Shown here one piece after another: positions 40,381-57,540 of a stretch of 64,000 nt of DNA. The notes beneath the pieces are model-generated. The model ran no database searches, was not told the DNA's origin, and saw nothing but the letters and a program-made list of their open reading frames with translations. Origin of the DNA: the human T2T-CHM13v2.0 reference genome, Homo sapiens; assembly GCF_009914755.1 (NCBI RefSeq), contig NC_060931.1; one strand, 5' to 3'. The position numbers and the translations under genes were made by a program. The stretch's first letter is position 1; each line of letters begins with the position of its first letter.

Positions 40381-41469
40381 TACATATACACATATTTCTA
40401 TGTGAATGTGTAACATGAATACGCATCATAAACATATATGTGTGTGTATTACATCTTTAAAATGACTAGACCAGCAATATGTGATTCCTTTCACTCGTTA
40501 GACAAAACAAATAAACAAAACACAAAACCTCATTGGGCAATATTGGGAAATAAATACATCAAGGGCAGAGAATTTGATGTGATCAAAGTCCAAGGTGCTT
40601 TGGCTGCAGGCACAGTAGTAAGGGGGGCTGTTTGTCTCCTTTGACCCCAAGGTTTCAAGTAGGCCAATCCACCCACATGCCCTGGGGCAGGGTGCCAAAA
40701 AAATGGGCCTCTGGCGCTGCACCGCCCTCCTTCCTGAGCTCTGCTTTCACGCCCATTCTTCCTTTTGCTCCCGCTCTGCTCCAGTCGGGCCTGATTTCTG
40801 AGCAGAGTGACATGCTCTCCTTTCTGGTCCATGGATTCAGGGATGGACTCGATTGCCAGCTTTCACCCTGAAAGCTCTCTGGAGTGGTTTGCCCAGCTGT
40901 GGCCCCCTCACCTGGACTGACCAGCTCCTCCCCGCTGTTGACCTCCTTCTTGCAAGAAGGGTGTTGTTTCAATGTGCTTTGCAAGAGTGGGGTGGGGTGA
41001 GGAACAAGGATGAGATAAAAGAGTGACAAAAGAGTAGCAGCTAGAAAAAGGACAAAGGTAGTGTCTACCCACACATGTCTTTACCTTATCTAAAAATACT
41101 TCCCATTGGCAGGCAGGATGAAGAAGCTGAGCAGATGGCATATGCTTCCTAGTGCACCAGATTGTAATATTATACACTTGGATTACAAAGTCTGGATATC
41201 ACAGCTATAAACATATGTAAACATTTTTATGTTTTGCTAAAAAGGAAAAAAAAATCACTGATGATGTATTATCCTAATGAGCTGATTACGAAGATTTACT
41301 AATTATATTCCCAAGATCTAGATAGAAAGAATGGCACTGGCTCCAGTGACATACCATTCAGATTCAGTAGTATACTGGTATTTTTCATTTTCGTTTGGTT
41401 TATCACCATTTGCTACAGCTGTGTTTTGCAGATTAGAATCCTAGGACTGGAAAGAACCTTTAGATGAAG

Positions 41470-42008
<539 letters not shown>

Positions 42009-42171
42009 TAGAAGGCTATCTAAGATCATTTGGCTGTTTTCTGGAATGCTTGTATTTTGTTGCCTCAGAAAAGTGTTTGCCTAGTTAAGATTTCTAGGGA
42101 CGCACATGGTATTGTCTTACTAAACAAAAATTCGTTGTAAAAATAACTTACCTAAATCTTTTATAAAATAG

Positions 42172-42492
<321 letters not shown>

Positions 42493-44929
42493 TAAAAATA
42501 AAAACAAATCTTTAATTCAATTGTTTTTATTTCAGCTGCTCAATGAAAGATTTTTACATATTTAAAGATGATCAAATGATCTGATTTTTCTTTTTTTCTC
42601 CACCAAATATCCATCCCTGTTTAACATTCCCAAATCTTGAAATTTTTTTTGTGTCTTATCTACAAAACCTTTTTCATTTCCTGTAGTGACAATTCTTTAT
42701 TTACTCAGGTCTACACATTGTACTCTAATATTTACCTATTATAAAGTGCATCCAGGTGTATAATCAGTTTGCATCTTAAAATACCTTATGGTGCCAGCAA
42801 GCATTTGTATTAGGCCCGTTTTGCAGATGTGGTACAGCAAGGTTTCTTGTCTGGTCTGTGATCACACAGCCAGGAATTCATAAACCTTTTTTCCAGCATA
42901 CCAGACTGCATTGTGATGAGCCTGGCGGGAGGACACGAAACAGTTCCAATAAGCTATATGGCATGTGTCTGACCCAGTACTGTGCTTGCTTTGGGGAAAA
43001 ATATTCTGTACATCACTGTGTATCTGCTGGCTTACTTTCGGCTCAAAGTTGCACAAGGAGCCAGTGTGACCTTGGTACTTGGTCCACTGTTTAAATACTG
43101 CCACGGTACTCTGCAGCCACAGCAAACAGGTTATGTGTTAGCAGAAGAACTGGGAGAGTGCGGTGAAATGAGCAAAAATTCATTCCCGGTAGGAGAAAAG
43201 GTGTGTGTTTCGGAGGAGGAGGATGTTCAATGGCATCATTTTTGTATAAAAGGACAGTCTTATCTACGTATCTGTCTTTACCGCATTATGCATAGGCAGC
43301 CCATCCCCACCTTGTGTGCTGTGCCATTTATTTCCCCTCATCTGATGCTCTGAGCTATTAAGCAACAGCAACAAAGAGATATCTCCTTAATGGTAACATA
43401 TTGTCCTCAGCAAAGCCCAAAGATTGCATAGGGGCACTGCTGTGGAAATATGAAAAAAAAGTTAGTACTGCACTTTTGGGGGTGGATGTTTTCCAACTTA
43501 TTTATTTTAGCCTTTTAGATGTTTCTTTTGGGACCAAATTATAGCTCTGATACTATCATTAGCACTTTAAATTATTGGTTACAGTGTATAAGGGAAATAC
43601 AAGCTGCTTCTTGAACATTCCGCATTTTTAGTTAAACAGGGTGTTTCCTTTTTTGGTTGTATGTTGCTTGTTGTTCATCCTTATCATCACATGTGATCAT
43701 GGTTCCTATCTGAACAGATCATCTTACTAATTGAGTGTCTGCAGATTGTTGCAGTTTAAGTATTTATTTTTATTTCTAATAATATTACAGAACTGGTCAA
43801 TCACTTGAAGGGTAAACCGCTTTTCCTTACACAAACAGCAACAACTTTTCCCTCCAGTGTCTTTGTTTCTGAATCATAGAATTCCTGGTGATTGTGTTAG
43901 GAGCAGAAAGGGCACGCTTTGACTACTGAGACCCTGGGCTATGGTTGAGAAAGGCCAGAGAGGAAATTCCTCTTTGGATTTGTAAACAGACTTGTAAACC
44001 TAGGACGTTTTATGAGGACTTCATTAGGAGACAATAGATTCAGGACCCTGCTGTCATTTTTTTTTATAGTCAGAATTAGAGTGAAATGACACTTTAAAAT
44101 AATAATTTCTCTTTTCTTACTCTTTCTTTCAGTCTTCTTTCAAAGCTATTTTAAAAAAATGCATTGTACTTTCCTAACCTTTTCTCTAGTTTAGTGGCCA
44201 GCTCTTATTTTCATCTTGTCAGATTTCTTCTCATCCTTTTACGTCTACAGCCAGGAAGCCTCAGTAAATTACTCTCCTGGAGTCACAGCTGCTTTCTTCC
44301 TTTGAGAAACAATATTCTCTAGCTCTCCTTTTTCTCTTTCCTGTAGAGTTATATTCAACAGATACTATTTCCTTGTCTAAGAAGCAGTCATCTTTGAATT
44401 TTGCAGATTTAATTTCATTCTGGTAGCTTCAAACTTGAAAACACGATGAGTGATCTGATATATTTATTTCCATCCAAGAATAGCGGTGCGTCTTTTTCAC
44501 AGTGTTGGGGGTTGAGGTCATTCCTTTCCATCTGAGCTGATCATGTATCCCATCGGTGTGCACTCACATATTTTAGAGTTGTTGAATGCTCATTGAATGC
44601 AGGGTACCATTAAATTTTGCAGGCTTCTTTCTAACTGTTATTTATACTCCCTGTGAAAACTTCAGTTATTTTTGTGACAGACATTATTTTAAACGGACAG
44701 TGGTGACAGTGACTATCCATTGATTATTTTTATTGAATTGTCCTCATGTGTACATATTATGGTCCAACCTTTTTAACATCCTTGTTATGACTTAATTTCC
44801 ATTGTCCTTATTTAGCTTGAAAATTTACATTATTTCAACGATTTATATTACTTTTGTTTACTTAATTAAAGCCCCCTCTTGCTTTGAGTTTTCTCAATGT
44901 CATACTAGAGAACAAACTAGTACAGGTTC

Positions 44930-45165
44930 AGAGCTCAGGTACCAGTGTCTGAGTGCCTGTGTTTAAACTGCACCTTGCCACCAAACTAGTTATATGACCT
45001 GGGCAGGAAACACAGGTTCTTTGTGCCTCATTTCCTTTTCTCTATAATAGTGATAATCATATCACCTAACTCCTAGGCTGTTTTATGATTAAATTAGTTA
45101 AGTCATGTAATATGCCTAGAATGGAGTGGCACACAGCAAATGCTCCACAGCGGCAGCTATTGTCT
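44930..45165 (+). mobile_element. MIR
   Basis: tgacctgggcag...tgtgcctcatttcctt...attaaattagttaa core. Confidence 0.75.
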
Positions 45166-45277
45166 TCATCTTTTATTGTTGTCACCTGGTGAGGACCACA
45201 TCAGAAAGTTTATCCTCAAAATCTCTTACAAAACCTCATACTAGAAGTGGGTGCTCAAAACAGGTGTGAAGTAACAG

Positions 45278-46105
<828 letters not shown>

Positions 46106-46979
46106 GTGACCAACTGAGTGAATGAAAATATTAGTTGTTTGAGATCATGACACTAAAAAAGGGCAGATTTTCATTATGGTAATGACGTAATGTCTGGTAC
46201 CATTTCTTAAAGCAGCAGGTTCTAAACCTTCCTCGATCAGACTCATTCTTTTAAAATAATTCAGTGCACAAAATCATAAAATTTAATGGGGCCCATAAAC
46301 CTCACTGAAGCCCTCCATTGGCCCCAGGTTATAACTCTTAAGTTTGCATGGGATTTTTAAAGGCTCAGTCAGTGGTGAGGTTTTAATGGTGAGCATAGGA
46401 ACTTTCTGGACAGAGCGATCTTATGCTTTGAAGTTCTAAGTAAATGAAGGCTTTGTGAATGCTCATCAAAGCTACATGGTAATTTAGAGATCTGTACCCC
46501 TTGTTGTTCAGTCAAACTGAAACTTTAAAATTTTCTTTTCCATTTCTCATCTACTGTGGCAATGTCATGTCCCGTCACATGAGCCTTCTGTACTCACCAC
46601 TTTTAAGAAAGATTTTGCATCATTAGAATAATTAAGTTGGTGTTCTAAAAAGTGATTTGAAAGCTAAAGTAACATTAGCATGATGGTTATTTTTAATAAG
46701 CCTTTTCCCAAGGTCTCATTTGTTTTAGAGCTGTCACGAAAACAGGTTTTTATCTCTGTATCAGGAAGTGTCAACATTTAGAGGAGATAGCATAGGAGGG
46801 GGTATGCTGTCTACTGGTACAATTTTATTAATTCATTTAGTAAGTATTGATCTAAGGCCAACTTAGTTCCAGGCATGGTATTAGGGATGAGAGATGCCAA
46901 TGATAGAGAAACTGGATGTAGTTTTAGTCCTCAAGGCACTTATAGTCTTATTCTGATCTTTGTTAAAAAGCAAATACCC

Positions 46980-47907
46980 ATGCATCCGACAAAGGTCTAA
47001 TATCCAGAATCTATGGAACTTAAACAAACAAGCAAAAAAAACAAACAACCCCATTTAAGAAAATGGGCAAAGGACATGAGCAGACACTTCTCAAAAGAAG
47101 ACATACACACAGCCAACAAGCATATGAAGAAATGCTCAACATCACAAACCATTAGAGAAATATAAATCAAAACCACAATGAGATACCATCTCACACCAGT
47201 CAGAATGGCTGTTATTAAAAAGTCAAAAAAATGAGATGCTTGTGAGGTATGAAGAAAAGGGAACACATACACTGCTGATGGGAGTGTAAATGAGTTCAAC
47301 TACTGTGGAAAGCACTTTGAAGATTTCTCAAAGAACTTACTAATAAAACAGAACTACCATTTAACCAAGCAACCCTATTACTGGATATATACCCCCCAAA
47401 ATATAAATCATTCTACCATAAAGACACATGCAAGCACATATTCATCACAGCACTATTCACAATAGCAAAGACATGGAATCAACGTAGATGTCTATCAACA
47501 GCAAACTGGATAAAGAAAATGTAGTACATGTGCACCATGGAATACTATGTAGCCATAAAAAAGAATGAAATCATGTCCTTTGCAGCAACATGGATGGAGC
47601 CGGAGGCCATTATCTTAAGTAAATTCATACAGGAACTGACAACCAAATACCGCATGTTCTCACTTATAAGTGGGAGCTAAACACTGCATACACAGACACA
47701 AAGAAGGGAACAACAGGCACTGGGCCGGCTTGAAGGTGGAGGGTGGGAGGAGGATGAGGATTCAAAAACTACCTATTGGGTACTATGCTCATTACATGGG
47801 TGACAAAATAATCTGTACACCAAACCCCCATGACACACAGTTTGTCCGCGGAACAAACCTGTGCATGTATCCCCTGAACCTAAAATAAAAGTCGGACAGG
47901 AAAAAAT
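46980..47907 (+). mobile_element. 5'-truncated older primate L1 (L1PA15/16-like)
   Basis: ORF2 3' end and 3' UTR; TSD aaaaagcaaataccc (46965-46979) / aaaaagcagataccc (47908-47922). Confidence 0.9.
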
Positions 47908-48471
47908 AAAAAGCAGATACCCTCTGGAGGTATGGTTTAAATGTTGCAGCCATTGTTTACTTTCTAGCAAATAGGTTTATCAGATCTTGTCTTGAAATAA
48001 GCTTCCCTGGAGGAGAAAGGAGTTTAGAAGTACAAGGAGAGCCTGAGGGGAAGAGTAGAATTTCTGTGAGAAGATAAAAGGCATGATAAGTGTATACTGA
48101 GGCCAGTGAGTAATACCCTCACTTGTCTCTTGGATTTCTCCAATAGTGGATCCTGACTATTCTTACAAGTTCCCCTATAGAGTAATTGACAGTGAGATCA
48201 TCCCAGGCCTGGTTTGAAGCCCATCTTTGTGACTCAGTAAATACATTGGTTGTCCTAGTGTGTCTGGCATTTCTTGCAGCCCTCTGCATGGAACTTGCCG
48301 TGGCCATTTGCAAGGTTGCTCCTGTGCAGTCAGTGAAGAGCTGCCACTACATGAGTTGTGATTTCACACACAACTTCAATATCTTCTCCCTTAGCCTGGA
48401 CCCTAGAAGACCTAGGACATTCTCCAACTAGATTTGCTGAAGGACTGAACGTGGGAGTGAGATCAGAGACA

Positions 48472-48900
48472 TGTATTGTTTCTTGTTGCTGCTATAACAA
48501 ATTATCTCAAATCTAATAGCTAACATAATACAAAGTTACTAGCTTGCACTTATGTAAGGTCAGAGTTCTCAAATGGGTTGGCAAATGGGTTCCTTCTAGG
48601 GGCTCTAAGGGAGAATCAATTTCCTTGCCTTTTCCAGCTTCTAAAGGCTGACCATATTCCTTGGCTCATGGCCCCACATCACCCTCACCTCTGCTTCTGT
48701 CATCACTTCTCTTGACTCCTGCCTCCCTTTTATAAAGCCTCTTGTGATTACATTAGGCTCACCCTGGTAATTCAAGATAATCATCCAACTCAAAATCCTT
48801 CATCATAGCTGCAGAGTCCCCTTTGCTGTGTAATGTAAGGTATTCAGAGGTTCCAGGGAAGAGGACATGGACATCTTTAGTGCCATTATTCTGCCTACCC
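48472..48900 (-). mobile_element. MLT1C/D-like MaLR LTR
   Basis: tgtatt...ttgctgctataacaaatta...ccttgccttttccagcttcta...ccattattctgcctacc. Confidence 0.85.
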
Positions 48901-49827
48901 CAAGGTGCCAAGGATGACAGTACCGAAACAGCTGAAGTGCTTTCTTTGCTAACAGCCTGCCAACCAATACCTAAGCTCCACCTAGTTTTTGGAGCTACAC
49001 AAACCTTTATAACTCCAGGATGGCCCTTTTCCATTTTCCATTATAATGTATGAGATAGAAAATATTTCAATGTGATTAGAATTAGCAGTGTCTTATCTCA
49101 CACTTGGCTCAGTGGGAAAAGTTGGTGGAAAGTGTTAGATTTCCAGGCTCTGTGCCTTGCCTTTGCAGGTCTGTAAATTCCTCATCAGATTCCTGATGTT
49201 TCAGTAACTCCTCATCCCATGCCTTTTAAAGTGTGCTTCAAACCGCATATTTTTGGAGGAATATGACATACCTTTTCAACACGTGTTTGTCTAAAGCTAT
49301 TCTGAAGATTTCAGTTTTATGTCTTCTTAGAAGTCATCACAAAACTTGATTTTTTTTTCCAGATAACTTCAAAAGTCTAATGGAAAAGAGAAAGGAAAAA
49401 ATTTAAAGCATCTCAATGGAGTAAGTGCCTTTGCCAGAAACTTTTCTGGGTTCCTTTCTGTCCAACATCTAACCTCTAGGCTAAAGCAGACAGGAAAGGA
49501 GGTTGCAGGGTTGAGCCTGGAGGCAGGAGATCAGCTCTGAGCCAGGAGATTAGGCAATAGAGCTGGAGGCCTCAGAGCCAGACAAACAGAAGTTCCAAAG
49601 CCAGATAAATGAGAGATGCATATAGGAGACCAGTGGACAAAGGAGGGGTTGAATAATGCTTGCAGAGTGGACAGCTCTCGCACATGAAAAATTCTAGCCA
49701 TGGTGTCATCCTTTGTACGTGCTTCCGAGGGGCCAGGAAGTTTAAAAGGAGCAGAACTATCTTTCCTGCTGCACGGCACAGCATTGTGTTATGTGGTCCT
49801 GCAAGTCTCTGTCACTCCATCATCTGA

Positions 49828-50291
<464 letters not shown>

Positions 50292-50319
50292 TAAAAATAG
50301 CTTATAGAAATAATATGTA

Positions 50320-51350
50320 TTTATTCATTTATTTAACATATATTGATCATGAGCTATGTGCCATGGATTCTTCTAGGCACCGAGGGTATGGTAGTTAACA
50401 AGACACATAAATGTATTGAGGATTGTCTTTAAGGAGCTTATGTTCTAGCTGAGAGTTACAACAACAACAAAAATAGGTACAATTTAGGGAAGAAAAAATG
50501 GGGCAAATATGAGGATATAAAGTATTAAGAAGGGCTGAATTTGAGATAGGATGATCAGGGAGGGCCTTCCCAAGGTGGGGACTTTTAGCAAAGCCTAAAT
50601 TAAATGAGGGGACTGGTTAGTGGATATCTGGGGAAAGAACATACTAGGTAGGGGAAGAGCCAGGACAAAGACCCTGAGGTGGGAACATGCCTGGAGTGTT
50701 CAAAGAACAGCAAGAGAGCCAGAGTGGCTGGAGAAAATGAGCAAGGAGGGGCAGTAGTCAGAAGGAAGTTGGCGTGTGTGAGGAGAGGGTGGTTCATAGA
50801 TCTTAGGAGATCGTGTAGGTCACAGCAGAGGCTCTGTCACTCTGAGTGCATGGGACATCACTGGAAGCAGCTGAACTGGCAATGATGTGACCTGACTTTT
50901 ATTTTCATATGATCGGTCTGGCCTCTGTATGGAGAAGGGACTACAGGAGGCATGGGCAGAATTAGGTGCAGCATTTAGGGGACTGTTCCAATAATCTCAA
51001 AGGGAGATGATTGCTCAGGCCAGAGTGATGGCAGTGGGAGTGACATATGCTTGAATTTTGAGGGGTTTGAAGGTAGAGCTAGAACAGGATTTGCTGACTG
51101 TCTGGACATGGGGGTGAGAGCATGTGGAATCAGGAATAATCTTAAAGTTGTTGACCTGAGCAACTGAAGAATGAATAGAGGTGCCATTAACTGAGATGGA
51201 AAAGATGTTAGGAGAAGCAGGTTTGGGGAAATCATCTATAGTTCCACTGGGACATGTTCAGTTTGATATGCCCATTAGACGTGTCAAATAGGCAGTTGGA
51301 TAAACAGATCTGGAATTCAGAAAAGATGTGCTGGCTGGAGATATGAAATT
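50320..51350 (-). mobile_element. L2a 3' region
   Basis: ~1 kb of L2 motifs (tgaaggtagagc, gacctgagcaactgaagaatg, aggcagttggata...tctggaattcag). Confidence 0.85.
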
Positions 51351-51593
51351 TTACACACACACACCCCTCAACAAGCCATCCACTCTCACACTTTCTAAAA
51401 AATCTGTCACATTAATTCTAGCCTTCATTCAACCCTACCTTTCATATCACCTCCCTACCTTGGCCTAAGTCTCAAAGTTCTTACAAAAAGCTCTTGTCCC
51501 ATTGGTTCAGGGCTTCTTCCCACATTCTGATCTGATTCCTCCAGATCACATATCCTGGCCTCAGTGCTTGGATTCTCTTGCTGAGCCTGGCCT

Positions 51594-51915
51594 GGGAGTT
51601 GCAAACTCCTCTGCATAGTGCTCAGAGAGTTGAAGTAATTCAGTGAGGTGGGGAGTTTGGGCAACTGCAGAGCACATGCCCCACCTAAAGAGGGCAGCAC
51701 TGGTCCCCTCCCACAAAGTGCTCCTATCAGGGAGAGGGACCCATTGTTGCCCGTTCTTCTAGTTAAGCTAGAAATCTAGATTTTTTTAAAAAAATGCATA
51801 ATCTGCTAATTTTTAGACATTGGCAACTAACTCAAACATTTTTTCAAGACCCTGTGAGCCAAACAAAATATATCTGGGGCCAGATCCAGCCCGCAGGCAG
51901 CCACCCTTTTACCAA
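51594..51915 (-). mobile_element. MER102-like hAT-Charlie element
   Basis: catgccccacctaaagagggcagc...ttggcaactaactcaaa...gccaaacaaaatatatctggggccagatccagcccgcagg. Confidence 0.65.
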
Positions 51916-52557
51916 TGATGATCCCACTGAATGGGCTGACTGGCTGGCTTTGGCATTTGGCCCTTGGATGGAGCCAATTGAGGTATCCACCTTGGGCTTC
52001 CCTAGTGCAGGCTGAGGCCATGAACCACCACACCCTAGGAAGGCTCTTGGGGTACACTGTCCCCTGAGCCTGGCCCCCAAGGACCTGCTTATCTGAAAAG
52101 GAGGATGAGGTGCCTTCCCCGGGAACTATTTGAAGAGCATTTGGTCCCCTTTCCCCTTCACCCCTTCCCTCCAGTGTTGTATCTCACTTCAAAAGCAGAA
52201 TGAGTATTGACTCCATCTCTTAGGTGAGACAGGTAGGAGCTATTGAATCAGCACATCTGACATCTGTCTTAAATGCTTGATGGTGAAAAAGATTGCAAAA
52301 TCATAGCTGAATGACAGTCTGAGGCAGAAAGCTAGTCTTGGGCAGGTAGAAGAAACTATATATTTTTTCAACAATTATTTATTGAATACCTGCTAGGGAC
52401 CAGTTATTTTACTATGTGCTGTGTGTACAGAAAAAAGATAAAATGCCATCTACTCCTATGAGATTCACAGCCTCTTGGAGGAGACAAATATGAAAAGAAA
52501 CAAATCATAGCATCATGAAAAGAACCACAGGCCAGCAATGCCACAGACCAAAGATGA

Positions 52558-53377
<820 letters not shown>

Positions 53378-53844
53378 GTGGTAGCTGAGCCAAGTTTTGG
53401 AAAATGAAAAGGAGCCTACCAGGCAGACCATGGGGGGAAACCTTCTAGAACATGGGGGCAGTTCAGGAACTCTGTAGTCTTAGTGAGAGTCACACTTTTC
53501 CTTAAAGGGTGAAGGAAAGGGCAAAGCTGGGCAGGAGGGGAGGGAGAGAGGGTAGGAGAGAGTGCCAGGTAGTAGGTCCTGAAGGAACTTGTCCAGGAGG
53601 AGGAAAGACGGCCTCACAGTTTCCCATCTGCTAGATGGGCTAGTGGCAAACTAGAGGGCTGAGTGGCAAACATAATTTTAGTTTGAGAGGTAAATAAACA
53701 AATAAACAAAAATCTCCTTTCTTCTCCCAAAATTTATGCCAAGAGGAGAGCCACCATCCACCTAGGCAACTTAAGAAGAAAGTTTGATGTAATCTTCATT
53801 AATTACCTAGAGATCTCATGCTATGCATATAAGATATGGAACAT

Positions 53845-54080
53845 AATAGTAATATCAGACACTTCCATGGTGTTTACCATGTGCAAGGCATTGTCCCAAG
53901 GGCTCTATACACAGGTGCATTTGTAGAACTCATTTAATTCTCACAACCATCCTATGGTTGTGTAACTCATCTATTTCTCTTTGTAGTTAAGCGACTTGCC
54001 CAAATGTCATGTAGCTTATAAGTGACAGAAACAGGCATGGAACCTAGGCAGGCTGCCTCTAAAGGACATATATCTATTTC
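53845..54080 (-). mobile_element. MIR
   Basis: aactcatttaattctcacaaccatcctatg...gttaagcgacttgcccaa. Confidence 0.75.
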
Positions 54081-56463
54081 TACCATGTCACAATCCTCAC
54101 CAAAGGCTTTGGAAGGCAGATAGCAAACCTCCAGCAACCAGAGACTGTGCTGCTGTGTCTGTATAAAACTATCTCTCTGGCGTTGTTGAGAGTAAAAATT
54201 AAAAGTGCCAATCACCAGAGACCCCACCTTAATTCAAAGGGCAATGGGAGCTGCACATTAACTGTGGCTGCCCTCTGCATACTGCTGGCTGTGATGTCAA
54301 CACTGTGTTTATATGAAATCCTTCAGCCAATGGCAGCATCTTTAAGGCATCAGCCGTTTGCTTGCAGAATGGGCTTCTCAGTTTTTTACGCATTTTTTTT
54401 TTCTTTCTAGAACTGGGTTCAGGTGGATAGGCTCTAAATAGAATACCATGCCAATGCCAATTATATTCAGAAAGTATTGCAATTTCTCTTTGATGCTTAT
54501 TTACATTAATTAAGAGCAAACTTAGATAAAGAAGGGTACAAGTTTAAATGCTAAAATCCTGAAGTGAGATACTTTATAGTCTGGAAAAATATACAGAACT
54601 GACTTTCCTTCTGAAAAAAAAAAAAAAAAGGACAGGAAGAAAAGTGAAAGATTCAGATGACATTTCTATGAGGAAAGTGGTAATTGTGATTCTCAGGGTG
54701 AATGCTTGTCTTTTTATTTCATGACAACTTTTTTTTTTTCTGGAAATGAGCTTTAAACTTTCCACACATGTTAAAAAATATTTTCACGTGCAGGGAAACA
54801 GATTAATTTTATTAATACCTTAATTATTTATATAATTGAGAAGCAAGCATACAGATAAATATCACTGAGGGAGATATTTGTGAAAATTTTTAATGGACAT
54901 ATTTTGTGTTTTCTGTGAGCTGGGTTAGTTCTATTAGAAATCTATTTTAATCTAATCAGTTAATTACTAAGATGTAAATACGGCATGGGGAGGATTTTAC
55001 TTTTCAGAAAAATAGGACTCAATTTTTTCAATTTTTTTAATGTTATGGGAAAACTCCAAGAACAAAAAAAGCAATCTTTTACAAATATGTGACTTCTTTT
55101 GTTTTTATGTCTCATTTTTCATAGAACAATTCTATTCCTGGCATTTTCCACCCAATTTGAGACCATCATAGTCCACTGAATATAGATGCCCTTCACTTTG
55201 GGTCACAAGTGTAATCCTGAAAAATTGTAGACCAGTCAGAGTTTTCTAAGTTGAATCAGCTAAACTGCATGCACTTTTTTTTCCAAGGGGATTCTATGGG
55301 AAGTCCTTTGGGGAAATGAATAAAACCATTTACATGACAATATCTTCATTTGCCTATTTTTACATTCGGATTTTAATCTACCAGTTTATTATAAAGTAGG
55401 GAGTTTATCATAGTTTATTATAATTTTACTTTGTGTATGTTGTACAGATTTTGAATGAGAAGGATCTTAAAATACTCCAGAAGTTTTTTTGCAAAATATT
55501 TGCAGGTAGGTGCTCATCACTGGTTGGGGTGGGACAAATTAGAAGAGACAGACAAGGAGAGTTTCACCAGCCTCAAGGCTACAGAGGGAAAGAGAATCCA
55601 AAATTCCCACATTCGTTGTTAGCGTTCATGCCAGTATATCCTTTCAATGTTGAATACGTAATTTAAATAAGTCTGAAGTTAATTACAGTTGATCTCCATC
55701 ACAACTCTATTTTTAGATGTCAAAGTGCACTCAAGTCAAACTACCAGTCAAGATCTTGCCGATCTGAACATTCAGTGCCTCTCTTTTTAAAAAGAAGTTG
55801 CCCCTGTAACAGCACACTGGATTGTTCTATTGTTAACACTAAGGAGGGAACTTCCTGATTTTTTTCTTCATTTTTAGTTAGTGGTTTCTAAACTAAAAAG
55901 GAAACATTGAATGGTGCTTAGTTTTAAGTCTGTGGGTTAATGCATTATTTTCTCTCCCCACACCCACTTTCCCCTTTCCTCATCATTATCTTAAGTGATG
56001 TGTTTACTTATTGATGCTCTCGGGCTGTCATTTCCGAGTCTGGGATTTCCCCTTCTGCTTTTCAGTTGTAATTTTGATGAGCAGACAAGGTGGTATAGAG
56101 AACAGATAGAGGTGGCCCTGGGTAACCCCTCTCATTGGCTGGTGACAGAATGTCTAAGACCATGAAGCATACAATCCACCTCCCACACAGAGGGATGCAC
56201 CAACCAAGTTACTCTTGTAAGTGACTGAGTCCTCCCTCAGTCATTTCTGCTATTCTCTGTGGGAATTTCAAAGCAAGCATTTTTGTCTTAAGGCAGCAAG
56301 GTGAGGGCTTCAAGGCTGATAGGTTTCACCTCTAGGGGCAGCGCCGACTATCGGCAGATACTGAAGCTCTGCATTGAGGATGGTGAGGCTGGACCTGCAC
56401 CACCAGGAAGGAGCCCCGATCGATTAGAAATGTCTGCCTTGGGTAAGGAAGAAGGAAGTGGTG

Positions 56464-56533
56464 TACGTGCGCGCCATATGTTGTCATCTCCCTGGTACTA
56501 CGTGAACACCATATATTGTCATCTCCCTGGTAT
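56464..56533. repeat. Two-copy 35-bp tandem duplication
   Basis: tacgtgcgcgccatatgttgtcatctccctggtac / tacgtgaacaccatatattgtcatctccctggtat. Confidence 0.9.
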
Positions 56534-57349
56534 GGAGCTTACAGATCTTGACTGGTAATCAGGAAACTGGGGTTTTCATCCCAATTCTGCCATAATGACC
56601 AGTGTAACGTTGAGCAAGTTAAATTCCCTTGCTTTGGTTTCCTGGTCTTTTAAGGAGGCGTGAACTCTCCCTCTATATAAACCTTCTAGACCTCAAACTC
56701 TGTGATCCCAGGCCCCATCACCTGTGGCTGTCCATTGTTCATGAGATAAGTACTGAATCTTCATCTTGGTCTTTAGTTCTCTCCCAGTGTGACCTTACAC
56801 TACTTTTTGGGCCGTGTCTTCAATTTCTTATTCATACTGGCCAGGCCAGATTACCTATGGTTTCTTGAACATGCCACACACTTTCCTGTATCGATTTCTT
56901 CAGTAAGGTCTCTACCTGCAATGCCTTCTGTCTTTCCCTCTTCTCTGCTTATTAAAATCCTACCTATTTTTTATTAAGACTCTGCGCCTCATAGAATTTC
57001 TTCTTTATGGGAACTTTATTACTTTACTATTTATTACAGTTGACTGTGGATTTTTCAAGCGGTCCTTAACTAATCTGTAAATTCAAGGTGGATAGGATCT
57101 GTGTTTCAAGCATCCAGTGTCCGTGGACTCTCTTCAATGTCTAATCAGGCTAACAAAAGGTAGTGAACATTTCTTTAAAGAGGAAAACAGAAACCAGGGA
57201 ACAATGATAGAATTAAAGTGGCAAGAAGATACATTTAAGTTAGCACATACTTAGTATCTTTTGAATTTGGGCAAAACATGGTGGTAGGTACTTCAGTGGG
57301 GACAAGTAAGAGTAAGAAATAGGCTGTTTTCAAGGAGCTTATAACATAA

Positions 57350-57540
57350 TAATGATAATGATAATATTTTCCATTTATTTTATGCATTTTTAACCACACC
57401 CTTTACGTGCATTATGCATTCCTAGAACAACTCTGCAAGGTATTATCATCACTATTTTACCAATAACAAAGATGTAGCCCACAGAATTTAAGGGATTTGC
57501 CCAAAGCCACACAGCCAGTACCTGGATGCCTGGCTTGAGA
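57350..57540 (-). mobile_element. MIR
   Basis: acaactctgcaaggtattatc...taagggatttgcccaaagccacacagc. Confidence 0.65.

Noticed and set aside
56221-56244. Small hairpin tgactgag-N6-ctcagtca
   Set aside because: An 8-bp stem is within chance expectation in 64 kb and too short for a pre-miRNA
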